From NCBI GenBank assembly GCA_037137455.1, contig JBAXKG010000004.1:36127-100126 (forward strand): a DNA stretch of 64,000 nucleotides, read 5' to 3'. The first letter of the stretch is position 1. Every line of letters begins with the position of its first letter. The position numbers and the translations under genes were made by a program. Of the stretch, positions 29,956 through 40,600 are shown piece by piece. The notes beneath the pieces were generated by a model. That model ran no database searches, had not been told where the DNA came from, and saw only the letters and a program-made list of their open reading frames with translations. This stretch comes from Bacteroidota bacterium. Lineage in GTDB: Bacteria; Bacteroidota; Bacteroidia; Bacteroidales; FEN-979.

Positions 29956-31431
29956 TTAACGGCTATAATTTGGCGCCTCGCTGATTATGGTCACATCGTG
30001 CGGATGACTTTCGGTTACGCCTGCTGAGGTTATTTTAATGAATTTTGCTTTCTGCAGAATGTCAATGGTTTGTGAACCCGTGTATCCCATTCCTGCTTTT
30101 AGTCCACCAACCATTTGGTAAATAACTTCAGATAATGAACCCTTATAAGGAACCCTGCCAACGATTCCTTCCGGAACAAGTTTTCTGATATCGTCTTCCA
30201 CATCCTGGAAATAACGGTCTTTCGAACCCTGCTGCATTGCTTCAATGGAACCCATACCTCTGTAAGTTTTGAATTTACGACCCTCAAATATGACTGTTTC
30301 ACCAGGTGATTCATCAACACCGGCAAAAAGTGAACCCGCCATAATTGAGTGTGCTCCTGCTGCGAGCGCCTTAACGATATCGCCGGTATATCTGATACCG
30401 CCATCGGCAATTGCCGGAATGCCGGTTCCCTTGAGGGCTGTGGTAACATCGTAAATGGCCGACAATTGCGGGACACCAATTCCGGCAATGATACGGGTTG
30501 TGCATATTGAACCCGGTCCAATACCGATTTTTACACCATCTACTCCCAATTTCGCCAGGTCCTTTGCTGCTTCTGCTGTAGCAATGTTACCAATAATCAG
30601 GTCAACTTCGGGATAGGCGCTTTTTACGCGTTTAGCCATCTCCATAACTCCCCTGGAATGCCCGTGAGCAGTATCAATAACGATGGCATCTACATTTTCA
30701 CGGACCAGCGCCGCTATGCGATCGAGGGTATCGGAAGTCACTCCCACTCCTGCTGCAACACGCAACCGTCCGAGACTGTCTTTGCAGGAATTGGGGCGAG
30801 CCTTGACCTTAAGAATATCTTTGTATGTTATCAGGCCTATCAGCTTGTTATTTTTATCAACGACCGGAAGTTTTTCGATCTTATGTTTCTGGAGAATGGC
30901 CTCAGCCTGCTCAAAATCGGTGAATTCGCTAATAGTTATCACTGTTTTGGTCATCACCTCAGTGACCGGGCGCATATGATCGCGCTCGAACCTGAGATCG
31001 CGGTTCGTTACGATACCAACCAATTCGTTATTTATATTGATAACAGGTATGCCTCCAATGCTGAATTCTTTCATTATAGCCAAGGCATCGCCAACCAGCG
31101 AATGTTCCATAAGTGTCACCGGCTGAAGGATCATCCCGTTTTCGGCTCGTTTGACTTTGCGAACCTGTAACGCCTGATCTTCAATTGACATGTTCTTATG
31201 CAGCACGCCAATTCCTCCTTCCTGTGCCATGGCAATGGCCATGTGCGATTCGGTAACCGTATCCATGGCAGCCGAAACAATGGGAATGTTAAGCTTAATA
31301 TTTCTTGAAAACAGCGTGGAAACATCTACTTCTCTAGGAAGAGCTTCAGAATAGGCAGGTACAAGTAAAACATCGTCATAGGTTAAACCCTCACCCCTGA
31401 ATTTATCTGAATTTAGGAACATCTGCATCAA
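29956..31431 (-). CDS. guaB: IMP dehydrogenase
   Basis: [11 protein letters not shown] catalytic loop, a CBS pair, and GGIRYTGD. Confidence 0.96.
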   Translation of the reverse strand: MMQMFLNSDKFRGEGLTYDDVLLVPAYSEALPREVDVSTLFSRNIKLNIPIVSAAMDTVTESHMAIAMAQEGGIGVLHKNMSIEDQALQVRKVKRAENGMILQPVTLMEHSLVGDALAIMKEFSIGGIPVININNELVGIVTNRDLRFERDHMRPVTEVMTKTVITISEFTDFEQAEAILQKHKIEKLPVVDKNNKLIGLITYKDILKVKARPNSCKDSLGRLRVAAGVGVTSDTLDRIAALVRENVDAIVIDTAHGHSRGVMEMAKRVKSAYPEVDLIIGNIATAEAAKDLAKLGVDGVKIGIGPGSICTTRIIAGIGVPQLSAIYDVTTALKGTGIPAIADGGIRYTGDIVKALAAGAHSIMAGSLFAGVDESPGETVIFEGRKFKTYRGMGSIEAMQQGSKDRYFQDVEDDIRKLVPEGIVGRVPYKGSLSEVIYQMVGGLKAGMGYTGSQTIDILQKAKFIKITSAGVTESHPHDVTIISEAPNYSR

Positions 31432-31442
31432 AATTAAGTGTG

Positions 31443-31450
31443 CAAATGTA
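31443..31450 (-). promoter_or_regulatory. -7 promoter box TACATTTG (minus strand) for guaB
   Basis: The reverse complement of caaatgta, just upstream of the guaB start cluster (31431/31428/31422). Confidence 0.4.
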
Positions 31451-31532
31451 CAAAAAAATACATTTTAAAATGATTAAAAGCTGAATCCGGAAAGATATAT
31501 TACCACCAAAAAAAAGAAAACGAAAGTGAAAT

Positions 31533-33023
31533 TTATGGAAACAAATCCCTATGACATTCTGTACAAAAACTGGTCTTCCAGGAATCTTTAATATCAATAG
31601 GATGTTTAAATTCCATAATTGTATCGATCGTAGCATACTGAACTTTGCCAGTTGGGCCCTGTGCAATTATTGTATGGCACATGTTGCAGTCTTTGGATAT
31701 CACCTTACCCTTCTCACTTTTATGACGATCGGAATGACAGCGGAAACATCCATCTGATTCCAGGTGCCCGATATGGTTCAGGTATTTGTTAGAAGAGGCC
31801 CGCATAAAGGGGAAAACATTTAGTGAAAACTCCTTCAGGATACCGGTTATGGCTTTGTCAATCAATTGTTTTTGAGACTGATAAATTGCAGGATGCCCCA
31901 ACTTATAAAAATTTGTTATGCTGTCGCGGATATACATTACGGCTGAATCACTATTTGAAAAAGGGCCTTTAAGAACATTCATAGCTACATTTTTAATAAA
32001 GGGGAGTTCTTTCGGCACATCGCCTGAGATCATCGCATTATCAACATAAACCATCGGGGATTTATAAGCGTGGGAGGGTCGGTTATGGCAGTCCATGCAG
32101 TCCATAATGCGATGTGGCAAAGTATCAATCGCCTTTTTATCCAGCATATTGTCTGTATCCTGAAAAATCTGAACATCCCCGGTTTTGATATTGGTAAATT
32201 TTACCCATGGAATGGTCTCCCGATCCTTGGCGGAAGCTATATATTCGATGCGAATATCTTTGTTGATATGCCAGTGGATCCCTTCAATGAGCCCCATGGC
32301 GCTGTAATTAGGGCCTATTCTCATAAGTAAGGAATAGTTAAATTCTGTATTGGTTGAATCGGTGACGTAAACACGCTGCGTGCGAAGCTTTCTGGCATAA
32401 AATTTTTGAGGCCAATGGCATTTTTCGCAGGTTTCACGTGCCGGTCGAAGGTTTTGGATGGGCGTTTCAATGGGTTGGGGATATTTATGGAAGATGACAG
32501 AATAAACCTGATAAAGACCCGAAAGTTTGGATCGGACGTACCAACCAGCACCTTCACCAACATGACATTCAACACAGGCGACCCTGGCATGAGGAGAATG
32601 CATGTAGGTAACATATTCAGGTTCCATAACTTTATGACATAGCTTCCCGCAGAAATCGACCGATTCGGTATAGGTAAATGCCTCGTAACTACCCATCGCT
32701 GAAACGATTAGAAATAAGAATGTGAAAACAGAAACAAGTATCAGTTTTTGCCTCTGGCGTGGAACGTTCATGTCCAACACCGGCCAGCGATTGGCAGGAT
32801 CATGTGTTTTTTTATGGTTAATCAGCATGCCTATCGGAATCATCAACAACCCGATTACCATTATAGATGGAAGGATAATGTAGGTAAAAATACCTGTATA
32901 AGGGTTCTGATGTTCTGTTACCAAATCTTGTATAAATGACACAAGAATCAAGATAAAACTATTAACGGCGATAATAAAGCCGGTAATGCTGATCCAGTTG
33001 GAGATGGACTTCGGTAATTTCAT
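31533..33023 (-). CDS. membrane-anchored multiheme c-type cytochrome (NapC/NirT-related N-terminal part)
   Basis: Three N-terminal TM segments. Six CxxCH motifs (CVECH, CEKCH, CMDCH, CFRCH, CNMCH, CTECH) plus one CGKLCH (CX3CH). Confidence 0.8.
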   Translation of the reverse strand: MKLPKSISNWISITGFIIAVNSFILILVSFIQDLVTEHQNPYTGIFTYIILPSIMVIGLLMIPIGMLINHKKTHDPANRWPVLDMNVPRQRQKLILVSVFTFLFLIVSAMGSYEAFTYTESVDFCGKLCHKVMEPEYVTYMHSPHARVACVECHVGEGAGWYVRSKLSGLYQVYSVIFHKYPQPIETPIQNLRPARETCEKCHWPQKFYARKLRTQRVYVTDSTNTEFNYSLLMRIGPNYSAMGLIEGIHWHINKDIRIEYIASAKDRETIPWVKFTNIKTGDVQIFQDTDNMLDKKAIDTLPHRIMDCMDCHNRPSHAYKSPMVYVDNAMISGDVPKELPFIKNVAMNVLKGPFSNSDSAVMYIRDSITNFYKLGHPAIYQSQKQLIDKAITGILKEFSLNVFPFMRASSNKYLNHIGHLESDGCFRCHSDRHKSEKGKVISKDCNMCHTIIAQGPTGKVQYATIDTIMEFKHPIDIKDSWKTSFCTECHRDLFP

Positions 33024-33182
33024 GTTTTTTTAATTTAGAATGTTTCTATCTGACATGCTGAAAATGGCCAGATAAAATTAGATAATATTTTAACAATTCC
33101 AAACCTTCATATTCATTTGTAAAAAACAATCAGGAAATATGAAAAAATTTCTACCCGAGGTCATATAATTGGTTTAATTTGC

Positions 33183-34070
33183 ATGCAGAACAGATCCATA
33201 AATATGGTAACCGGAAAAGATCAGAAGGCTGAGGAACAGATCATACAAATTTCAATGGAGTTGGCAACATTGATCGGAAGGGAATATTTTGAAGCCATAA
33301 CATGTTATCTGTCTCAATTACTTAAAGCTGACGTGGTTTTGGTGGGAGAAATAACCGATGACAGAAAGCATGCCAGAACCGTTGCAGTGTTCAATGATGG
33401 AGAGGTTGTTGATGACTTTGAGTTCAGTTTGGCTGATTCTCCTTTTGCTCCATTACTCGAAGGATCTCTACGCATATTTCGGGAAGATCTGCAGAAGTTA
33501 TTTCCCGAAGATTATCTGCTCGCCGACCTGTCGCTGGATGCATTTGCAGGTATACCGCTTTTCGACAACAATGGAAAGCCAATTGGATTTCTTGTGGCAT
33601 TGTACAGGCAACCTATTGAAAATATATCACTTGCAGATCATGCATTGCATTTTTGCGCCTCCCGTGTCTCTGCCGAATTGGACCGAAAACTGGCTTTCGA
33701 TAAATTGAAAGAATATGAAAGTTTTTTATTCGGTATTGTCGATATGCTTGAAGATGTGCTGTTTATTGCCGATTTACAAGGAAAAATCAGACTGCTTTCC
33801 CCTTCTGCGATAAGGGTTTTCGGCTGGTCGCCAGAGGAGATGATTGGTCAATCCATTGCCAATTTTTTAACAGAAGATACCCGCCAACTGGGTATACAGG
33901 AATTTGAAAAATGCATATCATCAGGATTGCCAAGGCTTCGTCTTAAACTCAAGGTCAATGATAAATCAGGCAAGGCCCGCCCGGTAGTTTGGTCAGCTAA
34001 TTTAACAAAGTCCGAGGGTGAAATTAATGGCTGTATTGGCATTTTCCATGAAATATCAAATAAACCTTAA
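33183..34070 (+). CDS. GAF-PAS sensor-domain protein without recognisable output domain
   Basis: GAF-like N-terminal half (…VLVGEITDD…AGIPLFDNNGKPIGFLVALY). PAS-like C-terminal half (…FIADLQGKIRLLSPSAIRVFGWSPEEMIGQS…). Confidence 0.55.
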   Translation: MQNRSINMVTGKDQKAEEQIIQISMELATLIGREYFEAITCYLSQLLKADVVLVGEITDDRKHARTVAVFNDGEVVDDFEFSLADSPFAPLLEGSLRIFREDLQKLFPEDYLLADLSLDAFAGIPLFDNNGKPIGFLVALYRQPIENISLADHALHFCASRVSAELDRKLAFDKLKEYESFLFGIVDMLEDVLFIADLQGKIRLLSPSAIRVFGWSPEEMIGQSIANFLTEDTRQLGIQEFEKCISSGLPRLRLKLKVNDKSGKARPVVWSANLTKSEGEINGCIGIFHEISNKP

Positions 34071-34082
34071 AATTATATCGCC

Positions 34083-35432
34083 TTGTTCATCTTAATGATC
34101 GTTGTTTTTATTGCAGGTTATGCTGCCATCGCACTGGAGCATCCGTTGAGGGTCAATAAATCGGCTACAGCCCTGATTTTAGCTGTTTCGTTGTGGGTGA
34201 TTTTTGTGATCGGTGGAGAACCATTACTTGTAAACTCTTCGAATTTCAAGGAATTTCTTATAAAAAACCCAGATGGAAGTTTTCCAGACTGGATTTCCAA
34301 TCATGCCCTGTTGTATCACTTAGGCGAAATATCCGGGATTCTTTTTTTCCTGCTTGGCGCCATGACTATTGTTGAATTGATCGATTCGCATGAAGGTTTC
34401 CGGATTATCACCGACAAAATAAAAACAACGAATAAGGTAAAACTACTTTGGGTGATAAGCCTTATCACATTTTTTCTTTCAGCTGTTCTCGACAACCTTA
34501 CAACTGCAATTGTCATGGTTGCCTTGCTGCGAAAACTGATCAGCGATAAAAAGGAACGTTGGTTCTATGCCGGCATGGTTGTTATTGCGGCTAATAGTGG
34601 TGGTGCATTCAGTCCGATTGGTGATGTTACAACCATAATGCTTTGGATCGGAGGACATATTACCACTGTGAACATAATTTTAAAAACATTCATTCCAAGC
34701 GCTTTATCGATGGTGGTTCCCCTTGCAATGCTTTCGATAACCATGAAGGGTCATATTCAAAAACCTCATAGTGTAATTTCTGAACATGGAAATTCTACAA
34801 CTGCGATTGAAAGAAACATTGTTTTTTTTCTTGGAATCGGATTGCTCCTGTTTGTTCCCATTTTTAAAACACTTACAAACCTGCCGCCCTACATGGGAAT
34901 CTTGCTTGGCCTTGGCATTTTGTGGGTAGTTACAGAAATTATGCACAAGTCAAAGAATGACGCTTATCGACCGATGGTAACGGTTGCCGGCGTAATTCGC
35001 AGGGTAGATACCCCCAGTGTTCTATTCTTTCTGGGCATTTTGCTGTCGGTTGCAGCACTTCAATCGGCCGGACATCTTGAATTATTAGCCGATAAACTGG
35101 ATAAGCATGTTGGAAATTTATATGTAATCAACATCATTATCGGGTTACTTTCCGCGGTAGTTGATAATGTTCCGCTCGTGGCCGGTGCGATGGGAATGTA
35201 TCAGAACACCTTCCCCACCGACCACTACTTCTGGGAAATGCTCGCCTATTGCGCCGGAACCGGTGGAAGTATACTGATTATAGGTTCAGCAGCGGGGGTT
35301 GCAGTGATGGGTATGGAAAAGATTGATTTCATATGGTATCTCAGAAAAATTTCGCTATGGGCGCTTATTGGATACCTGGCTGGTTCTGCCGGCTACTGGG
35401 GCATGAGCGAGTTGATTTTTCTGAAATTATAA
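34083..35432 (+). CDS. nhaD: NhaD-type Na+/H+ antiporter (ArsB/NhaD permease superfamily)
   Basis: Polytopic, about 12 TM segments. Motifs SAVLDNLTTAIVM and SAVVDNVPLV. TTG 34083 or ATG 34095 start. Confidence 0.7.
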   Translation: MFILMIVVFIAGYAAIALEHPLRVNKSATALILAVSLWVIFVIGGEPLLVNSSNFKEFLIKNPDGSFPDWISNHALLYHLGEISGILFFLLGAMTIVELIDSHEGFRIITDKIKTTNKVKLLWVISLITFFLSAVLDNLTTAIVMVALLRKLISDKKERWFYAGMVVIAANSGGAFSPIGDVTTIMLWIGGHITTVNIILKTFIPSALSMVVPLAMLSITMKGHIQKPHSVISEHGNSTTAIERNIVFFLGIGLLLFVPIFKTLTNLPPYMGILLGLGILWVVTEIMHKSKNDAYRPMVTVAGVIRRVDTPSVLFFLGILLSVAALQSAGHLELLADKLDKHVGNLYVINIIIGLLSAVVDNVPLVAGAMGMYQNTFPTDHYFWEMLAYCAGTGGSILIIGSAAGVAVMGMEKIDFIWYLRKISLWALIGYLAGSAGYWGMSELIFLKL

Positions 35433-35452
35433 CGTGATTGTTAACCTGGGAA

Positions 35453-36061
35453 TTATTTGGAACTGTAGGTGGTATTGACAGTTATGTAACCCGGATAGGT
35501 CAGCGCCTTGCCCGATACAATAACAGTGGGTTTCAATTTGATTTTAAAGCGTGTTGGTACATTTCCCATCCCATTTAAGTTAATACAGAAATTAATGAGG
35601 GCATTGGCTGATTTTCCGGAAAGAACCTGTTTCAGATCCACACCAATCCTGACGGGAACGATGGAGGTACTGTTAGCTTTAAGGAGAATGGGTTTATCAA
35701 GGATACCAGACGCCATCTGGTTTTCATCAATAAAAAGAATCCATTCGAGGCGGTTTAAACCGGCATCCTTTGCATTTGGATTACGGCCTTCGATATTTAC
35801 CTGAAGCGATAACGGGAAAATCGGGCTTGCAAATCCAGCCATGATTCTGGCAAAATCGTTAAAGTTTAAATCATTGACCGATTTGATATTTTGTATCATC
35901 ACGCCATCCAAATTTACACTATCAACCGAAAAAATGCGGAAATCGCAATTGGCAAGTTCAGAGGCTTGTTTAGCCTGTTTCGCAACCTGACAGGCCGAAA
36001 ATGCCACTACAATAAAACCAAGAAGGATTATGGGGATGAAAAACTTTTTGAGGCAGGCCAT
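35453..36061 (-). CDS. lipoprotein, LEA type 2 / WHy-domain-like
   Basis: Start moved to ATG 36061 because the -7 box overlaps TTG 36082. Lipobox AFSAC. Beta-sandwich-like pattern similar to LEA_2. Confidence 0.4.
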   Translation of the reverse strand: MACLKKFFIPIILLGFIVVAFSACQVAKQAKQASELANCDFRIFSVDSVNLDGVMIQNIKSVNDLNFNDFARIMAGFASPIFPLSLQVNIEGRNPNAKDAGLNRLEWILFIDENQMASGILDKPILLKANSTSIVPVRIGVDLKQVLSGKSANALINFCINLNGMGNVPTRFKIKLKPTVIVSGKALTYPGYITVNTTYSSK

Positions 36062-36079
36062 TACTAAAAATTTGGATTG

Positions 36080-36087
36080 CAAAAATA
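36080..36087 (-). promoter_or_regulatory. -7 promoter box TATTTTTG (minus strand)
   Basis: The reverse complement of caaaaata, 19 nt upstream of ATG 36061. Confidence 0.45.
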
Positions 36088-36103
36088 GGTAATTTTAAAC
36101 CGC

Positions 36104-37642
36104 ATGAAGAAGAACTTGGTTTTACCCTCTTTTATTATCACTATTTGTTTGGTATTAGTCGGCATTTCCGCTGATCCGCACTCTGGAAAGAAGGATCCGA
36201 AAGCTGCCTTAAAGCCTAACGTAATACTTATCGTTGCAGATGATTTGGGTTATGGCGAAATCGGTTGTTATGGACAAAAGATCATTCGTACCCCAAACAT
36301 TGACAGGTTGGCGCTTGAAGGAATGAGGTTTACCGAATTTTATGCCGCCAGTCCTGTTTGCGCCCCATCACTTTGCGGCCTTTTTACGGGCAAGAACACC
36401 GGCCATTCGTATATCAGGGATAATGTTGAAGTGGGTAAATGGGATTCCTTTATGGGCCAGATGCCTCTTAAGGAAAACACATATACGCTTGCGACACTTA
36501 TGCAGAATTCAGGCTATAAGACGGCGTGTATAGGAAAATGGGGATTGGGTGGCCCCGGTTCGACCGGGATGCCAACAAAACAAGGATTCAATTACTTCTA
36601 TGGTTACATTTGTCTGAGGCAGGCTCACAATTATTATCCTGATTATCTGTGGAGAAACGAAGTGAAAATAAGCATTGGTAATCCTTTATTTTCAGCGCAT
36701 CAGAAATTGAAGGGGAACCCCGCCGATTCTGTATCTTATAATAAATACAAGGGAATTGTCTATTCCCAGGACCTGATTTCGGATGAAGCATCACGTTTTA
36801 TCAGAGAAAACCGCGATTCATCGTTTTTTCTATACCTGAGCTATAGTTTGCCGCATCTGGCGCTGCAAGTTCCGTACAAGTACTTTGATTTATATAAGGG
36901 GAAATTGAATGATAAGCCCTATTCCGGATATAGCGGATATCTTCCCTGCCAGTATCCTCATGCGACTTATGCTGCCATGGTCGGGGCTTTGGATGATTAC
37001 GTCGGAAGAATTGTCAGCACTGTGAAAGAGGCCGGAATAGATTCGAATACCATTATTCTGTTTACAAGCGATAACGGGGCCACTTTCGAAGTCGGAGGCG
37101 CTGATCCCTATTATTTTCAAAGCAATGGAATACTTAAAGCCGGAAAAGGTTCATTGTATGAAGGAGGTATCAGAGTACCGATGATTGCCCGCTGGCCGGG
37201 GGTTATCAAAGCAGGAAAAGTATCAGGGTTAATATGTGCATCATGGGATTTCATGTCTACTTTTGCTGATCTGACAGGCATTTCGCTTTCCCCCGGTCGG
37301 GATGGAATATCTATTTTACCTGAATTACTTGGTAATAAAATGGAAGTAAAGCATGATTTTTTATATTGGGAGTACCCTGGCCGGGGTGGCGCTATGGCAG
37401 TGCGTATGGGCGATTGGAAAGCAATATGGAAAAACCTTCTTACCGAACCTTACCGGCGGGTGGAACTGTATAACCTGAAAACAGATCAGGGTGAACAGTT
37501 TAATATTGCAAAAAATCACCCGGGCCAGGTAAAACAAATGATGGAATGCATGAGTAAGCGGACACCCTCAGAGAACCAGGAATGGAATTTTATCGGGAAC
37601 AAAACTTTAAAAAAAATGACACCAAAAAAGCCGGTTTATTAG
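36104..37642 (+). CDS. sulfatase-family protein (arylsulfatase-like) with atypical CAPSL active-site motif
   Basis: VADDLGYGEIGCYG, SPVCAPSLCGLFTG, FTSDNGA, GKGSLYEGGIRVP. Signal peptide present. Confidence 0.85.
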   Translation: MKKNLVLPSFIITICLVLVGISADPHSGKKDPKAALKPNVILIVADDLGYGEIGCYGQKIIRTPNIDRLALEGMRFTEFYAASPVCAPSLCGLFTGKNTGHSYIRDNVEVGKWDSFMGQMPLKENTYTLATLMQNSGYKTACIGKWGLGGPGSTGMPTKQGFNYFYGYICLRQAHNYYPDYLWRNEVKISIGNPLFSAHQKLKGNPADSVSYNKYKGIVYSQDLISDEASRFIRENRDSSFFLYLSYSLPHLALQVPYKYFDLYKGKLNDKPYSGYSGYLPCQYPHATYAAMVGALDDYVGRIVSTVKEAGIDSNTIILFTSDNGATFEVGGADPYYFQSNGILKAGKGSLYEGGIRVPMIARWPGVIKAGKVSGLICASWDFMSTFADLTGISLSPGRDGISILPELLGNKMEVKHDFLYWEYPGRGGAMAVRMGDWKAIWKNLLTEPYRRVELYNLKTDQGEQFNIAKNHPGQVKQMMECMSKRTPSENQEWNFIGNKTLKKMTPKKPVY

Positions 37643-40600
37643 TATTCATCCCAGCTTTTAATTTCAATTTCACCAGGTTTGATTTTGCAGAATGCCATAA
37701 TAAACGCCGCTGCAAGGTTAGGATTGGTAATCAGCGGAATGTTATAATCGACCGCTGACCTGCGAATGGAATAATCGTTGTCTAACTCATGCTTTGAAAG
37801 GTTCTTGGGGATATTGACTACCAGGTCGATACGCCTGTTCTGTATATATTCCATTACATTTGGGGTGGCCTCTTCATCGGGCCAGTGGAGTATAGTAGAG
37901 GGAATGCCATTTGATGCAAGAAAGTCAGCTGTTCCCCGGGTTGCAAAGATGGAATAGTTTTTCTGATGCAATTGATGGCAGCATTCAAGAAGTACCGTTT
38001 TCGACTTGGTGGGGCCGGATGAAACCATGATGTTCTTTTCAGGGATCCTGTATCCGACCGACAGCATGGCCTTAAGGATGGCTTCATAAAATGAATCGCC
38101 GATGCAACCGACTTCACCGGTTGAAGCCATATCAACTCCCAGAACCGGGTCGGCTTTTTGCAAGCGGGAAAAGGAAAACTGCGGCGCCTTTATTCCGATG
38201 TAGTCAATGTCGAACATCGACTTGTCAGGCTTTGTAAAAGGAATCCCAAGTATCACCCTTGTAGCAATGTCGATGAAGTTGATTTTCAAAACCTTAGATA
38301 CAAAAGGAAAACTGCGCGAAGCCCTGAGGTTGCATTCGATCACTTTGATGTCGTTATCTTTGGCCAGAAACTGAATATTGAATGGTCCGGAAATGTTAAG
38401 CGAACTTGAAATTTCCCTCGCGACACGTTTGATTTTCCGGATTGTCTCCACATAAATTTTCTGTGGCGGAAAAACAATTGTGGCGTCTCCTGAATGTACA
38501 CCTGCAAATTCAACATGTTCGGAAATGGCATAGGCCACGATCTCCCCTTCCCTCGCAACGGCATCCATTTCGATTTCCTTAGCCTCCTGTATGAATTCGG
38601 ACACCACTACCGGATGCTCTTTTGAAACGTTGGCGGCAAGGGTAAGAAAATATTCGAGCTCACTGTTATTGGATACCACATTCATAGCCGCCCCGGAAAG
38701 CACGTATGATGGGCGAATCAGCAACGGAAACCCGACCTGGGATGCAAAATCATAGATTTCATCCAGATTTGTCATCTCTTTCCACCTCGGCTGATCGATG
38801 TCAAGCTTGTCAAGCATCGATGAAAACTTGTGGCGGTCTTCGGCATTGTCGATATCAACCGGTGATGTTCCAAGAATTGCAACATTCTGCTTATGCAGAC
38901 GCATGGCCAGGTTGTTGGGAATCTGCCCTCCCATGGATACCACCACTCCTTTGGGATTTTCCAGTTCCACAATATCCATCACCCGTTCGAATGAGAGTTC
39001 ATCAAAATAGAGCCGGTCGCAAATGTCATAATCGGTACTAACCGTTTCGGGGTTGTAATTGATCATGACCGAGCGAAAACCGGCCGATTTAACTGTGTTC
39101 AGGGTATTTACGCTGCACCAGTCAAATTCAACGGAACTGCCAATCCGGTATGCGCCCGAACCGAGGACAATCACCGACAAACGGTCATCAGGAAAGATCA
39201 CATCATGTTCGTTGCCATTGTAGGTCAGGTAGAGATAATTGGTTTGCGCGGGATATTCAGCGGCAAGGGTATCAATGTTTTTCACGCTTGGCATGATACC
39301 CAATTTTTTTCGATATGCACGCACTATCAGCATGTCCTGCTCAATTTCGCTTTTTTCACGTTTTCCAACCAGCTTTGCCAGCTGAAAATCAGAAAAACCG
39401 AGGCATTTAGCGTCAAGGAGCAGATCGTATGGAATTGAAGTAAGGTCATTTATAGCAGCCATTACCAGCCCCGTATCGTAGATATTTTTCAGCCGGTACA
39501 AAAACCACTTGTCGATGCGGGTAAGTTCCCAGATGCGGTCGACGGAATATCCTTCTGCAAATGCCTGAGCGATTACAAAGATTCGTGTATCCGTGGGGTT
39601 GGCCAGTTCCTGTTCGAGATTCTCCACGCGAAGCTCCTTGTTACCGATGAACCCATGCATGCCTTGCCCGATCATTCTTAATCCCTTCTGGATAACCTCT
39701 TCAAAGGTGCGGCCTATGGACATTATCTCGCCCACGCTTTTCATACTGGAGCCGATCTGTTTTGATACCCCGGTGAATTTACTCAGATCCCATCGCGGGA
39801 TTTTGCAAACAATATAATCGAGCGAAGGTTCAAAACAGGCAGTGGTCACCTTCGTCACTGAATTCTTTAATTCATGCAGGCCATAGCCCAGACCAAGTTT
39901 GGCTGCGACAAAGGCCAATGGATAACCAGTAGCCTTGGATGCAAGCGCTGATGACCTTGACAGACGTGCATTGACCTCGATTACCCGGTATTCCTCCGAA
40001 TCTGGATTTAGTGCGTACTGGATATTGCATTCCCCGATAATTCCGAGGTGGCGGATAACCTTGATAGAAAGTTCGCGGAGTTTGTAGTATTCAATGTTGG
40101 TAAGGGTTTGCGATGGAGCAACAACTATACTTTCGCCAGTATGGATACCCAGCGGATCGAAATTTTCCATGTTACATACCGTTATGCAGTTGTCGTAACG
40201 GTCGCGCACCACCTCGTATTCGATCTCTTTCCAGCCCTTAAGTGATTCCTCAACAAGTATCTGGCCTGAATAGGAGAACGCGTTTGCAGCCAAAGTTTCA
40301 AGCTCCATTTCATTGGTACAGAAACCACTACCCTGCCCGCCCAGAGTATAAGCAGCACGGATGATCACCGGGTAACCAATTGCCATGGCGGCAGTTTTGG
40401 CAGCTGAAAGACTGGTCACCGCAATACTTCTGGGTGTTCCGACTTCAATGTCATGCAACATTTTCGAGAAGAGGTCGCGGTCCTCAGTTTGAATAATTGT
40501 TTCCACAGGAGTTCCGAGAACCAATACCTTGTATTTTTCAAGGATACCGGATTTATACAAAGCAACGCCGCAGTTGAGTGCAGTTTGCCCGCCAAAAGCA

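Noticed and set aside
33139-33168. Mini-ORF (MKKFLPEVI, 9 aa) upstream of the GAF-PAS gene, and similar 9-codon ORFs in 55888-56161
   Set aside because: They are too short to evaluate, with no supporting signals. Such ORFs are expected by chance in AT-rich spacers.
33024-33182. tRNA or small structured RNA genes in the larger spacers (17553-17713, 33024-33182, 48003-48158, 55888-56161, 63231-63390)
   Set aside because: All are AT-rich and have no cloverleaf-compatible stems or GTTCRANYC-type T-loop boxes. They are also too short for RNase P RNA, tmRNA or rRNA.
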